Of a stretch of 64,000 nt of DNA, positions 1 through 9,430 are shown in pieces. Positions within the stretch are counted from its first letter, which is position 1. Each line of letters opens with the position of its first letter. The notes under the pieces were generated by a model. That model was not told where the DNA came from. It saw nothing but the letters and a program-made list of their open reading frames with translations, and did not search any database. The stretch lies in the IMG/VR virus record IMGVR_UViG_3300031555_001469; one strand, 5' to 3'. This stretch comes from a virus. Lineage: Duplodnaviria; Caudoviricetes. Both the position numbers and the translations under genes were made by a program.

Positions 1-145
1 TTAAGTTATCTCTGTTTGTCTCAATAAATTCCATCACATAAGATGGATTGTTTGAATCCATAATGTCTTTACAGAGAGATTCACATACACGTTCTTTGCT
101 TCCCTCAATGGATTCAAAATTCATTATTCTTTCTAAAATATTCAT
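1..145 (-). CDS. Hypothetical protein, 5' part (runs off window)
   Basis: ATG at 145, GGAGG SD, open to the window edge (MNILERIMNFESIEGSKER...); late-type motif at 172-183. Confidence 0.7.
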   Translation of the reverse strand, partial: MNILERIMNFESIEGSKERVCESLCKDIMDSNNPSYVMEFIETNRDNL

Positions 146-263
146 AGGTATTAACACCTCCTTCGATGTATTACTAAGGTGTTCGAGTCCTAAAAAGAGA
201 AAATATATGCTATATCTTCAGAGTACACATCTATATAAATACAAATGAAAGGAGAACGTTGAT

Positions 264-1565
264 ATGGCGTTGCTTACTACTTATCAGACCCCTTGTTTAA
301 GGAATAATGATTATGCTGCAAACTATACCCCAACTTCAGGTACTCTTAATATGAGATATGGGGCATCTTCTTCGAAGTATGATATTGTAGCTACAATAAA
401 CGAAGGGGAAATTTTTACTTGTATGGGTGAATATAATGATAACAATGGTACTCCATGGTTATATGGTATGTATAACGATCAGTACGGTTATTGTCATTTA
501 CCATCTTTAACAAAGTCTTCTGTAAAATATGTTAGTGCTGAGAGAAGTGTTAGTGATATAAACACTATGCTCAAAAAGTACAGAAACATTCAGTTTGCAA
601 AAGGTGCTAAGTACAAGATTTCAACAGCATTAATTGTCCATAGTAATACCATCATTGATTTGAATGGTGCTACTCTTAGAAGATATGGAGCAGATAATGT
701 ATTAGAATCTTATGTTGATCCTGATGTTACCACAGGATATAATGGTGTACATGATGTTGTCATCAAAAATGGTACACTTGAAGGAATGAATAGTTTAGGA
801 CTTCGTTCTACTAATTTAACTTCCTTCATGCATTGTAAAAATATTGTTTTTGAAAATGTGACATTTTTAGATACCCCGGGTTGTCATAGTTGTGATGTAG
901 TTGGATGTAGTAATGTAACATTTTTAAATTGTAAGTTCTTGGGTTACTGTACAGCTGGTAATGATTTCAGAGAATCTATTCAGATTGACTATGCTTCTTA
1001 TGCTTCTTTACCATCTTTCCCAGTTGGCTCTAAGTGTTATGATATGACTTATTGTAAGAATATCAATATCATTGGATGCACTTTCGATAAGTCAGATAAT
1101 TACCCATCTCAGTATTGTGCTATCGGTGCACACTCTCAGGGTAATGATTATAATTATCATGAAAATATTGTAGTTAAGGATTGTGTTGCTACAGGTAATG
1201 GTAATACTAATACTGACCCATCTTATGGAGCATTCATAAGATGTATGAAGTTTAAGAACACATTGATCGAAGGTAATGTAATCGGAAACTACGCAAGATT
1301 CGTTTGGATTACGATGCCTGGTAGATTGATGAACCCTGATGGAAGTGGCATTCAGGCTACTGATGATCCGGATAAAGTATTTAATGTAGAGAATCTTAAA
1401 GTCTTAAATAATAAGATTATTTCTAGAGGATCTACATGGCAATCCTATGGTATGTATATTAAGGATACTTTCAATAAGTCTTCTGACATTTTAGTTCAGG
1501 GTCTTAACGTTCCTAGTACAGCCGTATATACTAAGGGTTGTAGTAATGTAACCATAAATTTATAA
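264..1565 (+). CDS. SH3-like domain plus right-handed beta-helix (pectate-lyase-like) protein, putative depolymerase/tail spike
   Basis: N-terminal LNMRYGASSSKYDIVATINEGE...WLYG (SH3b-like); repeated NIVFENVTF/NVTFLNCKF/NINIIGCTF beta-helix rungs. Confidence 0.65.
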   Translation: MALLTTYQTPCLRNNDYAANYTPTSGTLNMRYGASSSKYDIVATINEGEIFTCMGEYNDNNGTPWLYGMYNDQYGYCHLPSLTKSSVKYVSAERSVSDINTMLKKYRNIQFAKGAKYKISTALIVHSNTIIDLNGATLRRYGADNVLESYVDPDVTTGYNGVHDVVIKNGTLEGMNSLGLRSTNLTSFMHCKNIVFENVTFLDTPGCHSCDVVGCSNVTFLNCKFLGYCTAGNDFRESIQIDYASYASLPSFPVGSKCYDMTYCKNINIIGCTFDKSDNYPSQYCAIGAHSQGNDYNYHENIVVKDCVATGNGNTNTDPSYGAFIRCMKFKNTLIEGNVIGNYARFVWITMPGRLMNPDGSGIQATDDPDKVFNVENLKVLNNKIISRGSTWQSYGMYIKDTFNKSSDILVQGLNVPSTAVYTKGCSNVTINL

Positions 1566-1574
1566 AAAATAAAA

Positions 1575-1601
1575 GAGGTAGGGAAAGTAATCCCTACCTC
1601 T
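1575..1601. terminator. Bidirectional intrinsic terminator
   Basis: GAGGTAGGGA-aagtaa-TCCCTACCTC hairpin between convergent genes. Confidence 0.8.
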
Positions 1602-1607
1602 AATATT

Positions 1608-2123
1608 CTACTCAGGGTCGTAAGCAAGTTCCTCCTCCAACCATTCTTCAGGAGTCAGGTCAGGAACCTCGATTCTGTTGTCAACCTTCCAGCAGTCATC
1701 AATCTGCCATTCGATATCCCCAGCAAAATCCTCGTTGAAGTATATAATCAGATCCTGTAATACTAACCAGTCTCTGATTATTTCTATATCGTCAGTTTCA
1801 CGCTTACGGGCAACATCTATACTGTAACCTGATAATTTTCTAAGTACATTAAAATTAACGTATCTATACAGGTTACGAAATATAATATTCTTATTGATGT
1901 CGTCTTTTGGAAGAGAGTTAAGGAGTTTCTCAGCTTCATTTTTAACTCTCCGGCTATCGACTAAATAGGAAAATTCTCCTTTCTTATCGACATACATTTC
2001 GACCACATATTTATTATTGTGGTCTTTGTCATCTACCATGATACCCTCCAAAATTTTCTTTACCCCTTCAAGTCTACCCGCTTCCTTGAGGATTTTTTCT
2101 ATTGTTGTAAAATTGCGTTTCAT
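1608..2123 (-). CDS. Hypothetical protein, paralog of 2138-2575
   Basis: Start reassigned to MKRNF (GGGAGG SD); shares ILKxAGRxExVxxILxGI, VxxEAEKLL and WLVL motifs with neighbour. Confidence 0.75.
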   Translation of the reverse strand: MKRNFTTIEKILKEAGRLEGVKKILEGIMVDDKDHNNKYVVEMYVDKKGEFSYLVDSRRVKNEAEKLLNSLPKDDINKNIIFRNLYRYVNFNVLRKLSGYSIDVARKRETDDIEIIRDWLVLQDLIIYFNEDFAGDIEWQIDDCWKVDNRIEVPDLTPEEWLEEELAYDPE

Positions 2124-2137
2124 AATTTTATTCCTCC

Positions 2138-2575
2138 CTAATTCTGTTTTCTCCAACCTTCAGGAACACTCCAATCTGTATCACCCTCATAAGGGTCATG
2201 ATAACAAATTATAAGATTCCAGAGTACTAGCCAGCTTCTCAATTCTTCCATGTCGACATCAGGTTCATGTCGATGTGAGATTGCAATAGCGTAGTTATGT
2301 AGCTTTGCATTTGTATGTGTATTAATATATTCATACAAAGTCATGAAGCTATCATTCTCTTCAGCAACTCCTTCTTCGATTAATCTTAGAAGTTTTTCGG
2401 CTTCAGATCTAACTATGTCACCATCAACACGCCATAGTGTTTCACCTGTTTTAATAACATAGGCATCTACCGGATAACTATACTCAGTATCTGAAATTAT
2501 TCCTTTTAAAATACCTACTACATCCTCATATCTACCTGCATCTTTGAGAATGTTTTTAACCATACTAAATATCAT
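2138..2575 (-). CDS. Hypothetical protein, paralog of 1608-2123
   Basis: AGGAGG SD; shared motifs with neighbour. Confidence 0.75.
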   Translation of the reverse strand: MIFSMVKNILKDAGRYEDVVGILKGIISDTEYSYPVDAYVIKTGETLWRVDGDIVRSEAEKLLRLIEEGVAEENDSFMTLYEYINTHTNAKLHNYAIAISHRHEPDVDMEELRSWLVLWNLIICYHDPYEGDTDWSVPEGWRKQN

Positions 2576-2630
2576 AATATAATCCTCCTTTAAGATAATA
2601 TAGGGGTGGTTTTAAAACCACCCCTATATT

Positions 2631-2939
2631 TTAGATACCGCGCTCTAACTTTACGTTGATAGCCTTATTGATATCCTCATCTGCGATGAAGAATGCGTGC
2701 TTCAACGCTTCGATGCAGACAATAACATCGCCCATCTCTTCGATGAGATTAAGTTTATCACCCCTACCTCTAAACATTTTAGATGCGGCTTGTGCTAATT
2801 CTGCACACTCCTCCATGCAGATAACCAATCGTTCCTCTACACCGATCTCTACATTGGACTTTATAACCTCATCCATAAACGTAGGACTTAATTCGCCACT
2901 TGCCTTTTTAAACGCTGCCTCGAAATCTTCTCTTTTCAT
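2631..2939 (-). CDS. MazG-like all-alpha NTP pyrophosphohydrolase
   Basis: EECAEL...EEMGDV (ExxE...ExxD) motif. Confidence 0.8.
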   Translation of the reverse strand: MKREDFEAAFKKASGELSPTFMDEVIKSNVEIGVEERLVICMEECAELAQAASKMFRGRGDKLNLIEEMGDVIVCIEALKHAFFIADEDINKAINVKLERGI

Positions 2940-2942
2940 ATA

Positions 2943-3149
2943 TTAATCCTCCTTTGCAAACCAGGATAACGTAACCCTGCAACAATATTTGCTGGTGCCT
3001 TCTTTTTTTCTGGAGTCTGTATGATACTCCAAGATATCTAAGTTAGCAATCTTCTCGGACTTTACGAAGGTATTAACCTGTTGTAATGCATCAGTTAATG
3101 CATCGAGAGCTGTGTTATTAGTTGCTTCAAAATACTTTGTTTTAATCAT
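2943..3149 (-). CDS. Hypothetical protein
   Basis: ORF with GGAGG SD, within operon. Confidence 0.7.
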   Translation of the reverse strand: MIKTKYFEATNNTALDALTDALQQVNTFVKSEKIANLDILEYHTDSRKKEGTSKYCCRVTLSWFAKED

Positions 3150-3161
3150 AATTTTTCCTCC

Positions 3162-3608
3162 TTAGTTTTTAATAAGTTTACGACCTCTACACTCTTTACA
3201 TGTACGGGTCGGGTTTATCTTATTCTCTTCAAAGAACTCAAGTTCTGATAACTGGAATTTGAACCAGTTATTGCAGACCTTGCATTTCTGAAACGGGCCA
3301 TTATAAAAGTCATGACCCTCCGGATTGTGAATCTGGAAAACATTTCTAACTTCCTCTTCTTTGAATTTACCATCTCTGAATTTATGGTAAGTTTTTACTC
3401 CGGTTATTTCTGTAAGAGCAGGATGTAAGTTCTTCAACTCTTTACCCTTACTACACGTAAAGACGATTCTCTTGATGTCTTTACTTTCCATTTCTGCTAA
3501 GATGTTGTCTATCAACATCTTGCTTGGTTCTCCGAGGATGAGCATCTCTCCATCCTCAATAAATGCCTTAGCGCCATTTATCTTTACTTCAATAATATAA
3601 TTATCCAT
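3162..3608 (-). CDS. Protein with C-terminal zinc ribbon
   Basis: CKVC..WFKF...ELEFFEE...PTRTCKECR. Confidence 0.65.
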   Translation of the reverse strand: MDNYIIEVKINGAKAFIEDGEMLILGEPSKMLIDNILAEMESKDIKRIVFTCSKGKELKNLHPALTEITGVKTYHKFRDGKFKEEEVRNVFQIHNPEGHDFYNGPFQKCKVCNNWFKFQLSELEFFEENKINPTRTCKECRGRKLIKN

Positions 3609-3620
3609 TAATAATTCCTC

Positions 3621-4844
3621 CTATCGATATACAATATTTTCTAAAATTATCTTTTGAGTCCAATGTAATTTTATATTGCCTAAATTGAATCGGCCTAAGC
3701 CTGGATATGTATATTTAGAAAAATTACGAATTGCAATTTGCCTAATATCAGGCTCTCTTACCTCCTGAAATAAATCACAAAATCCGTTTTCATAAATTAC
3801 AGGCTTTATGATTAAAATGTCTTCATCTTTATGATAGATCAACATATATCCAAATCTAGTTGAATATACATCATTAAGTTTCAATACCACTTTTGCAATA
3901 TTGGTATTAGAATAATGATATGGCATATGAAATGGCTTAGGTTCATGCATGTGAACAGGGACATGTATAATATTTCTCTCATACCATGACGGTATGAAAG
4001 TTGTTACATTAGCCGGTTCGCCGCTAAACCCTAAGTGGTTTATTTTATATAAACACATAGCATATGCGACTTCTTTTTGATTGCTGTTATATAATTCTCT
4101 CAACAAAATTTTTCTATTAAAAGGATCTCGTATAGCATCAATCTCTTCGATAACTGCTGGAAGAACTTTTGGTGAGATACCTTCTAATATTCTTTTAGAT
4201 AATCTATTGTAAGTTATCTCTTGCAATTTTTGAGGTGATGTACGGAATATATGACCACTACTAGATTCACTACAAATTTTATTAGGTCTATGAGATTCAT
4301 CATATAGTACATCCCTCAATGTAGTATATCTTCCATTATATCGTCTGAGTTCTTGCAAGGCCTTTACTTCAATCTGACGAATTCTTTCTCTAGAAACATT
4401 CATCATCTTGCCGGCTTCCTCAAGATATAGACCTCCCCAATATCTTAATGCTAAGACTCTTTGCTGACGTTCAGTTAGGGTGGATACTGCATTCCTAACA
4501 ATTTCTTTATCAATATTCTGATAAAAATCACATTGTGTAGGATATTCCTTAACTTCAGTGATTCTCTGTGCTATATAAGTTTCTTCGATTTCTTCCATTG
4601 GGAGTTTCTCGAAGCGTTGCATAGCACAGTCTATTGGAAAACTATAGCCGTGCTGCATAAGCATTTTCTTGCAGACTGGTTCCACGATAACCCTGATTGG
4701 TTTTACAGGACCATCGTATTCTAATATTGCAATATATGCTTCCTGCCTCAAGTCTTCTACATCAATTGATGTAGGATTAAATTTGTCGTAGAGTTTATCT
4801 ACAACTTTGTTTGCGGTGTTAATCGCTTCTGGTGTTAAGTTCAT
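3621..4844 (-). CDS. Sigma-70-like protein (region 2 remnant plus region 4 HTH) with long C-terminal extension
   Basis: EDLRQEAYIAIL (region 2.2-like); LTERQQRVLALRY...LEEAGKMMNVSRERIRQIEVKALQELR (RpoD-type region 4). Confidence 0.75.
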   Translation of the reverse strand: MNLTPEAINTANKVVDKLYDKFNPTSIDVEDLRQEAYIAILEYDGPVKPIRVIVEPVCKKMLMQHGYSFPIDCAMQRFEKLPMEEIEETYIAQRITEVKEYPTQCDFYQNIDKEIVRNAVSTLTERQQRVLALRYWGGLYLEEAGKMMNVSRERIRQIEVKALQELRRYNGRYTTLRDVLYDESHRPNKICSESSSGHIFRTSPQKLQEITYNRLSKRILEGISPKVLPAVIEEIDAIRDPFNRKILLRELYNSNQKEVAYAMCLYKINHLGFSGEPANVTTFIPSWYERNIIHVPVHMHEPKPFHMPYHYSNTNIAKVVLKLNDVYSTRFGYMLIYHKDEDILIIKPVIYENGFCDLFQEVREPDIRQIAIRNFSKYTYPGLGRFNLGNIKLHWTQKIILENIVYR

Positions 4845-4914
4845 TTTGGTGACCTCCTGTTTGTGAATTGTTTGTGAAATTTTGGAGAGGAAGATTTTTC
4901 ATCTTCCTCTCCGG

Positions 4915-5268
4915 TTATACGTCTGCTAGTTCCAATACTTCGAGTATATCTTCCTGTAATGAAAGATAGTGCTCACGATACAACACTACTTCATGTCGTA
5001 CCCTTGGGTCTGGATCTCTTATCAAAGCATCCAGATATACCCCATGGCCTGCCACAGCCCTTCTTACAGAAGGTTCTGTATCTCGATAAAGTTTATCGAG
5101 ATCATATCCTTGTATTGCTAATTCTTTCCGCATATGTATATTGCGATTAGCCAGGAACTTGGCAAATCCTGGCATATCGTAGCTCAGCAGCACCAACGCT
5201 ACTGACTCTACTCTGTCAAATCCAGCATATCGCCATATGCCAAATCTCCTAATAATTTCACCTATCAT
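4915..5268 (-). CDS. Small HEAT-like repeat protein
   Basis: LDKLYRDTEPSVRRAVA / LDALIRDPDPRVRHEVV repeats. Confidence 0.6.
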   Translation of the reverse strand: MIGEIIRRFGIWRYAGFDRVESVALVLLSYDMPGFAKFLANRNIHMRKELAIQGYDLDKLYRDTEPSVRRAVAGHGVYLDALIRDPDPRVRHEVVLYREHYLSLQEDILEVLELADV

Positions 5269-5402
5269 TTTTGTTTTACCTCCTGTTTGTGATTTGCGTG
5301 TATTAATAGGTTCTATTACTACACAATTATAATATATAATAAAAATAAATTATTTTGACAAAAAAGAAAGAGGATCATAGATAATCCCCTTTCTCATGTG
5401 TG

Positions 5403-6143
5403 TTATTTGGTTTCTTCACCTAAACATCTGTTCTTAAGAAGCTTACTTAAGATAATCTCCATAGCTTCTGCAGGAATGAAAGGATTATTAAGATGGCTAA
5501 TATCTACACCAGCTTTAATACCATCTACGATAATCTTAAGCTGTGCGGAAGTATAGTCATTGATATACTCTCTTACATCGATTCCAAGATCAGTATAGTA
5601 ATTAATCAATTCTAAGAACTTTACCTGATCAAGTTCATATGTAAGACCATAACAAATAAGTTCAAAATACTTATCTTTATCATGTACCTTCTGATAGTTG
5701 TCATATATAACTGTCAACAACTGCTTAGGACCAGACATAAGCTGATAGAAAACTTCACGACCAGTTAAGTCTACCCACTTAGAAATATCAGTACTTGATT
5801 TATAATCATTTTTCAGCTGATCGAATTTCTCAGCTAAATCAGGACGTTCCTTGAAATTATTCATAGGAGTATTAAATTTATTACATAATTTATAAGTTAT
5901 AGGTACAATCTTTCTAATAGTGGCAATATATATATCGTAACCAAATAAAGCATGTCTCTTCATACCAACACATAATATACAGAATTTGTCTGGATTATTA
6001 TATATAATATTTCCATTTTCTGCATAATAATCCATTAGTGAATCTAAAGTTCCAAAGAATTTTATGTCATCTGTAATTTGAAAATAATCTCCTTCACTAA
6101 GATAAGCACAAAGTCTTTTTCTTAATAAAATATAAGCCTGCAT
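5403..6143 (-). CDS. Hypothetical protein with C-terminal QxxxIxxGxxxGxD repeat unit
   Basis: QLKIIVDGIKAGVDISHLNNPFIPAEAM, shared with the next gene. Confidence 0.7.
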   Translation of the reverse strand: MQAYILLRKRLCAYLSEGDYFQITDDIKFFGTLDSLMDYYAENGNIIYNNPDKFCILCVGMKRHALFGYDIYIATIRKIVPITYKLCNKFNTPMNNFKERPDLAEKFDQLKNDYKSSTDISKWVDLTGREVFYQLMSGPKQLLTVIYDNYQKVHDKDKYFELICYGLTYELDQVKFLELINYYTDLGIDVREYINDYTSAQLKIIVDGIKAGVDISHLNNPFIPAEAMEIILSKLLKNRCLGEETK

Positions 6144-6156
6144 ATTCTTTTCCTCC

Positions 6157-6498
6157 TTAATTATTTTTGAGTCTGGTAAGTGTTTGCCATGCTATTTTCA
6201 TAGCTTCTGATGGCAATTTAGGATGATTGTAAATCGATACATCGAGTCCATCTCTTAATCCTAAATAAATATACTTCATCTGAAGTCCGCCGTAATCATC
6301 TGGATTATAATCTGTTAAAGATACTCCATCGATGAATGCGTGTAGATATGTCTCACACATATCTGGGTCGTTCATATAGTATCTAGCATACAATGCAAGG
6401 CTATCTAAATCAATACCCTTATCTAGTGCTTCCTTCACCAGATCTATACATTCTTTGTCCATTTCGCAAATTTCCACAATAAGGTTTCTTGTGTTCAT
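6157..6498 (-). CDS. Hypothetical protein with the same repeat unit as 5403-6143
   Basis: QMKYIYLGLRDGLDVSIYNHPKLPSEAM; early-type promoter upstream. Confidence 0.7.
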   Translation of the reverse strand: MNTRNLIVEICEMDKECIDLVKEALDKGIDLDSLALYARYYMNDPDMCETYLHAFIDGVSLTDYNPDDYGGLQMKYIYLGLRDGLDVSIYNHPKLPSEAMKIAWQTLTRLKNN

Positions 6499-6587
6499 TT
6501 TTATTGCCTCCTTTATTTATTATTTCATATAAATAATATATGATTAAAAATTTTATAGAGATACCGATTACTCAGTATCTCTTTTTT

Positions 6588-6743
6588 CTACTTACTTAAT
6601 CCATCAGACCATTCCTGTAAGATAAGTAAAGCTTGAGCTTTTTCTTCTTTGCTAAAAGCTCTAACTACTTCTTCAAAGCATCTTTTTTCCAAACTAGGTC
6701 TGTTGTCATTTTTAGATATTTGTTTAAGTTCAAATTCACTCAT
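6588..6743 (-). CDS. Small hypothetical protein, 51 aa (not in ORF track)
   Basis: AAGGAG SD, MSEFELKQISKNDNRPSLEKRCFEE...; terminator hairpin at about 6557-6582. Confidence 0.6.
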   Translation of the reverse strand: MSEFELKQISKNDNRPSLEKRCFEEVVRAFSKEEKAQALLILQEWSDGLSK

Positions 6744-6790
6744 ATCTGTCTCTCCTTATTTAGTTGATTAATTATGTGTGAGAGAGATAG

Positions 6791-7123
6791 TTAAAGTTTA
6801 ATAAACCAAGCAATAGATTTAAAAATTCTTTTTAAGATTAAAATAGGTTTAGAATAAAGTTTTATTTTATACCAATTGCATGGTAGCATATCTCTTTTTA
6901 ATTCTAATAATTCTATTTCTATACTTAATTTATCTACCTCTTTTATTATATTATCTATATCAGATATCACTTCTTCTTCTGTTCTATAACTTCTACCCTG
7001 TCTTACATCGAATAATTCCATTTCTAAGAAATCTAATTTATATTCTAATATAAGAAGTTGTATAATATTTTCTTCTATATCGTAATCTATCTTTTGTAAT
7101 AATTCTTTATCGTGTTTATTCAT
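6791..7123 (-). CDS. Coiled-coil hypothetical protein
   Basis: Leu/Glu heptads; late-type motif at 7142-7153. Confidence 0.6.
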   Translation of the reverse strand: MNKHDKELLQKIDYDIEENIIQLLILEYKLDFLEMELFDVRQGRSYRTEEEVISDIDNIIKEVDKLSIEIELLELKRDMLPCNWYKIKLYSKPILILKRIFKSIAWFIKL

Positions 7124-7212
7124 TACTACACCACCTTCTATTAATTAGATGTTTCGGAGGTGTGATTAAGCAAAGTATAGAGGTGTAGATTTCTCTACAC
7201 CTCTTATGTACT

Positions 7213-8322
7213 TTACTTCTTAGAGAATTTAGAAAGAAGATTTAAAATGAAGTTGATTACCTTAGCAATGAATTCACCAAACTTAAACTTGTATGGTTCT
7301 TCAATATCAAGTAACTCATCTTCCTCTGGGTCTTCCTTTTCTTCTAATTCCTTTAATTCAGCTTCAATAACTTCAATCTGAACTTTGAGAGCTTCCATCT
7401 CTGCACCAAGTTCAATCTGAATCTCTTTGAACTTTTCAATGTTATTCATATGAGGAGTCGGATCACCATTCATTTCTCCGTTAAGCATCTTATCTACGAT
7501 CTTCTGTAACTGAGTAATAGTATTACCGATCTCATCAATCTTTTTCTGTAAAGATTCTACTTCAGCTTTATTCTTTTCGAGCCATTCTCTCTTAGCATCA
7601 AGACGGGTATGACCGTCACTAATACCCCAAGTTTCAGCTCTTTCATAGTCATATGGAAGAACACATTTACCCTGGTTACCCCACTCTTCGCCCCAAGAGT
7701 TCTGAACGAGCCAACCATGTTCATTCCAACCATAAATTACCATACAATGATAACCACTAAAATATTTCTTATTCTTGCTAGTATAGAGTACATTAGTATC
7801 AGCCATTAAAACTGCATCTCTGTACCACTTAATACTGAAGATAACAGCATCACCCTTTGTTAAAGCTGCCTTAATAGCATCGTCAGAAGAAATATCATAA
7901 TAAGAAGAAATCTTATTCTGATATGCTTCGGAACTTAACTCAGCCTTAACTTCTTCAAACTGTGTAATTGCCTGCGGTACTTCGATATTATAAGGGAAGC
8001 TTTCATGCTTAGCAGTACCATAGTTAAATACTGCCTTAATAGCATCTCTTATAATCATACCTTCACCCTTATGATCGGAGCCCTCTCTATTACCATAGAT
8101 GGTTCCTGTACTCATAAGAGTATTATCAGTTTCCTGATGATGATTAAACATCTCGATTACTTCAGCTAAAGAATGAGCTACACAGCTTCCTACAGAACCC
8201 TGGTCCTTAATAGGAGGAGTGTAAACTTCATATCTGTCCGGAAACGTAGCACCAGCTACACAAGTTGCCTTGTAATCTCTAACGTCCTTTGGTGATAAAA
8301 GAGCACCTAAACCCTTTTCCAT
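7213..8322 (-). CDS. Papain-family (C1) cysteine peptidase with coiled coil and amphipathic C-terminus
   Basis: DQGSVGSCVAHS (Gln/Cys), YHCMVIYGW (His), QNSWG (Asn). Confidence 0.85.
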   Translation of the reverse strand: MEKGLGALLSPKDVRDYKATCVAGATFPDRYEVYTPPIKDQGSVGSCVAHSLAEVIEMFNHHQETDNTLMSTGTIYGNREGSDHKGEGMIIRDAIKAVFNYGTAKHESFPYNIEVPQAITQFEEVKAELSSEAYQNKISSYYDISSDDAIKAALTKGDAVIFSIKWYRDAVLMADTNVLYTSKNKKYFSGYHCMVIYGWNEHGWLVQNSWGEEWGNQGKCVLPYDYERAETWGISDGHTRLDAKREWLEKNKAEVESLQKKIDEIGNTITQLQKIVDKMLNGEMNGDPTPHMNNIEKFKEIQIELGAEMEALKVQIEVIEAELKELEEKEDPEEDELLDIEEPYKFKFGEFIAKVINFILNLLSKFSKK

Positions 8323-8389
8323 ATAAAACACCTTCCTTTTCTTTAGATTTTATTTAAATGTTGACGGGTAAAAGAGAAAAAAAATAAAT

Positions 8390-8411
8390 GGGGAGCTATA
8401 TAAGCCTCCCC
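8390..8411 (-). terminator. Terminator of cassette 1, near-identical to 10818-10839
   Basis: GGGGAGCTATATAAGCCTCCCC followed by a U-tract on the minus strand. Confidence 0.75.
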
Positions 8412-8418
8412 CTTTATT

Positions 8419-8727
8419 TTAAGCCCAAGTTTCTCTCGTTCCGGAATAAGCTCCGAAGAAGATATTGAAGAGCACATCAAAATGCTCTTTGGTTAAAAGG
8501 AACTCTGTTCCCGCATAACCTGTTTCCCTCACAATGAGGTGATATACATCCATGTCATTCTTGCCGAAATCTACGGAAATAACTACTTCATCATACTGAT
8601 CATATACTTCAATCAGTGATGGTCTCATACTTAACTTGAGACCCCTGCGTGCTAATTCTCTACCGAATCCGAATACTTCCTTCTTTAACTCCGGCATGTT
8701 TGTAGTGTTAATTTTGCAAATAATCAT
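8419..8727 (-). CDS. Orphan ORF, cargo of structured-leader cassette 1
   Basis: 102 aa; directly follows the conserved leader. Confidence 0.75.
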   Translation of the reverse strand: MIICKINTTNMPELKKEVFGFGRELARRGLKLSMRPSLIEVYDQYDEVVISVDFGKNDMDVYHLIVRETGYAGTEFLLTKEHFDVLFNIFFGAYSGTRETWA

Positions 8728-8874
8728 ACGTCCTGCGCCCCCTTGACGCCCATGGCTTTTAATACCCCCGTAGTATTATGAGTCTTTGACTCGGATATTA
8801 AAAGGATAAGACATTGTATCCTCTTATCACTACTATAATATACAAGTATTTTTCCTAACTTTTACGGATCATAG
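8728..8874 (-). promoter_or_regulatory. Early promoter plus conserved structured RNA leader, copy 1
   Basis: Homologous to 11212-11350 (-) and 44961-45106 (+), with covarying stems. Confidence 0.8.
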
Positions 8875-9361
8875 ATAATGCCCTTTTATGTTCTTCTCTA
8901 AGCTTATAGTAAACTTCTTCAATTGGATAGAATCTACCAGTATTTATAATATCATCTTGATCACATTCTGCTACAAATCCAGTATATTCTCCATCATAGT
9001 ACCCTATAAATACTTCAGTGTAATATCCGTGCCACTGTTCTTCTTCTGGGATATTTTCTTTAACCCATGGATGTACTTTATCTCGTATGAGATAACAACC
9101 ACTATACACCACATCCTTGCAGCATATTCTAACTTCCTCCTTAGTTTCTCTTATAGCAGCATCTAAACTGCTTTCGTTTTCGTTCCAACTACCTCCTGGT
9201 AATTTATATCTGTCCTCTCCAAATGAAATGAAAACTTTGTCGTCTTTAATGACAAGCATTTCTGACCTAGCCCTTACAGGTTTATCATACCCTTTTACAA
9301 TACAACATGCATTGTAGATTCCGTTGATATACTTACCGTATACCTCTTTAACTATACTCAT
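8855..9361 (-). CDS. Nudix hydrolase
   Basis: LPGGSWNENESSLDAAIRETKEEV Nudix box. Confidence 0.85.
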   Translation of the reverse strand: MSIVKEVYGKYINGIYNACCIVKGYDKPVRARSEMLVIKDDKVFISFGEDRYKLPGGSWNENESSLDAAIRETKEEVRICCKDVVYSGCYLIRDKVHPWVKENIPEEEQWHGYYTEVFIGYYDGEYTGFVAECDQDDIINTGRFYPIEEVYYKLREEHKRALSMIRKS

Positions 9362-9430
9362 AGTATCTACCTCCTTATACTATGATAATATATGAGTGAG
9401 AAGAAAGTTGACCTTTCTTCTCACCATAGT

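Noticed and set aside
48-248. 66-aa plus-strand ORF from the track
   Set aside because: Overlaps a better minus-strand gene (1-145) that has an SD and promoter motif, and spans a divergent promoter region
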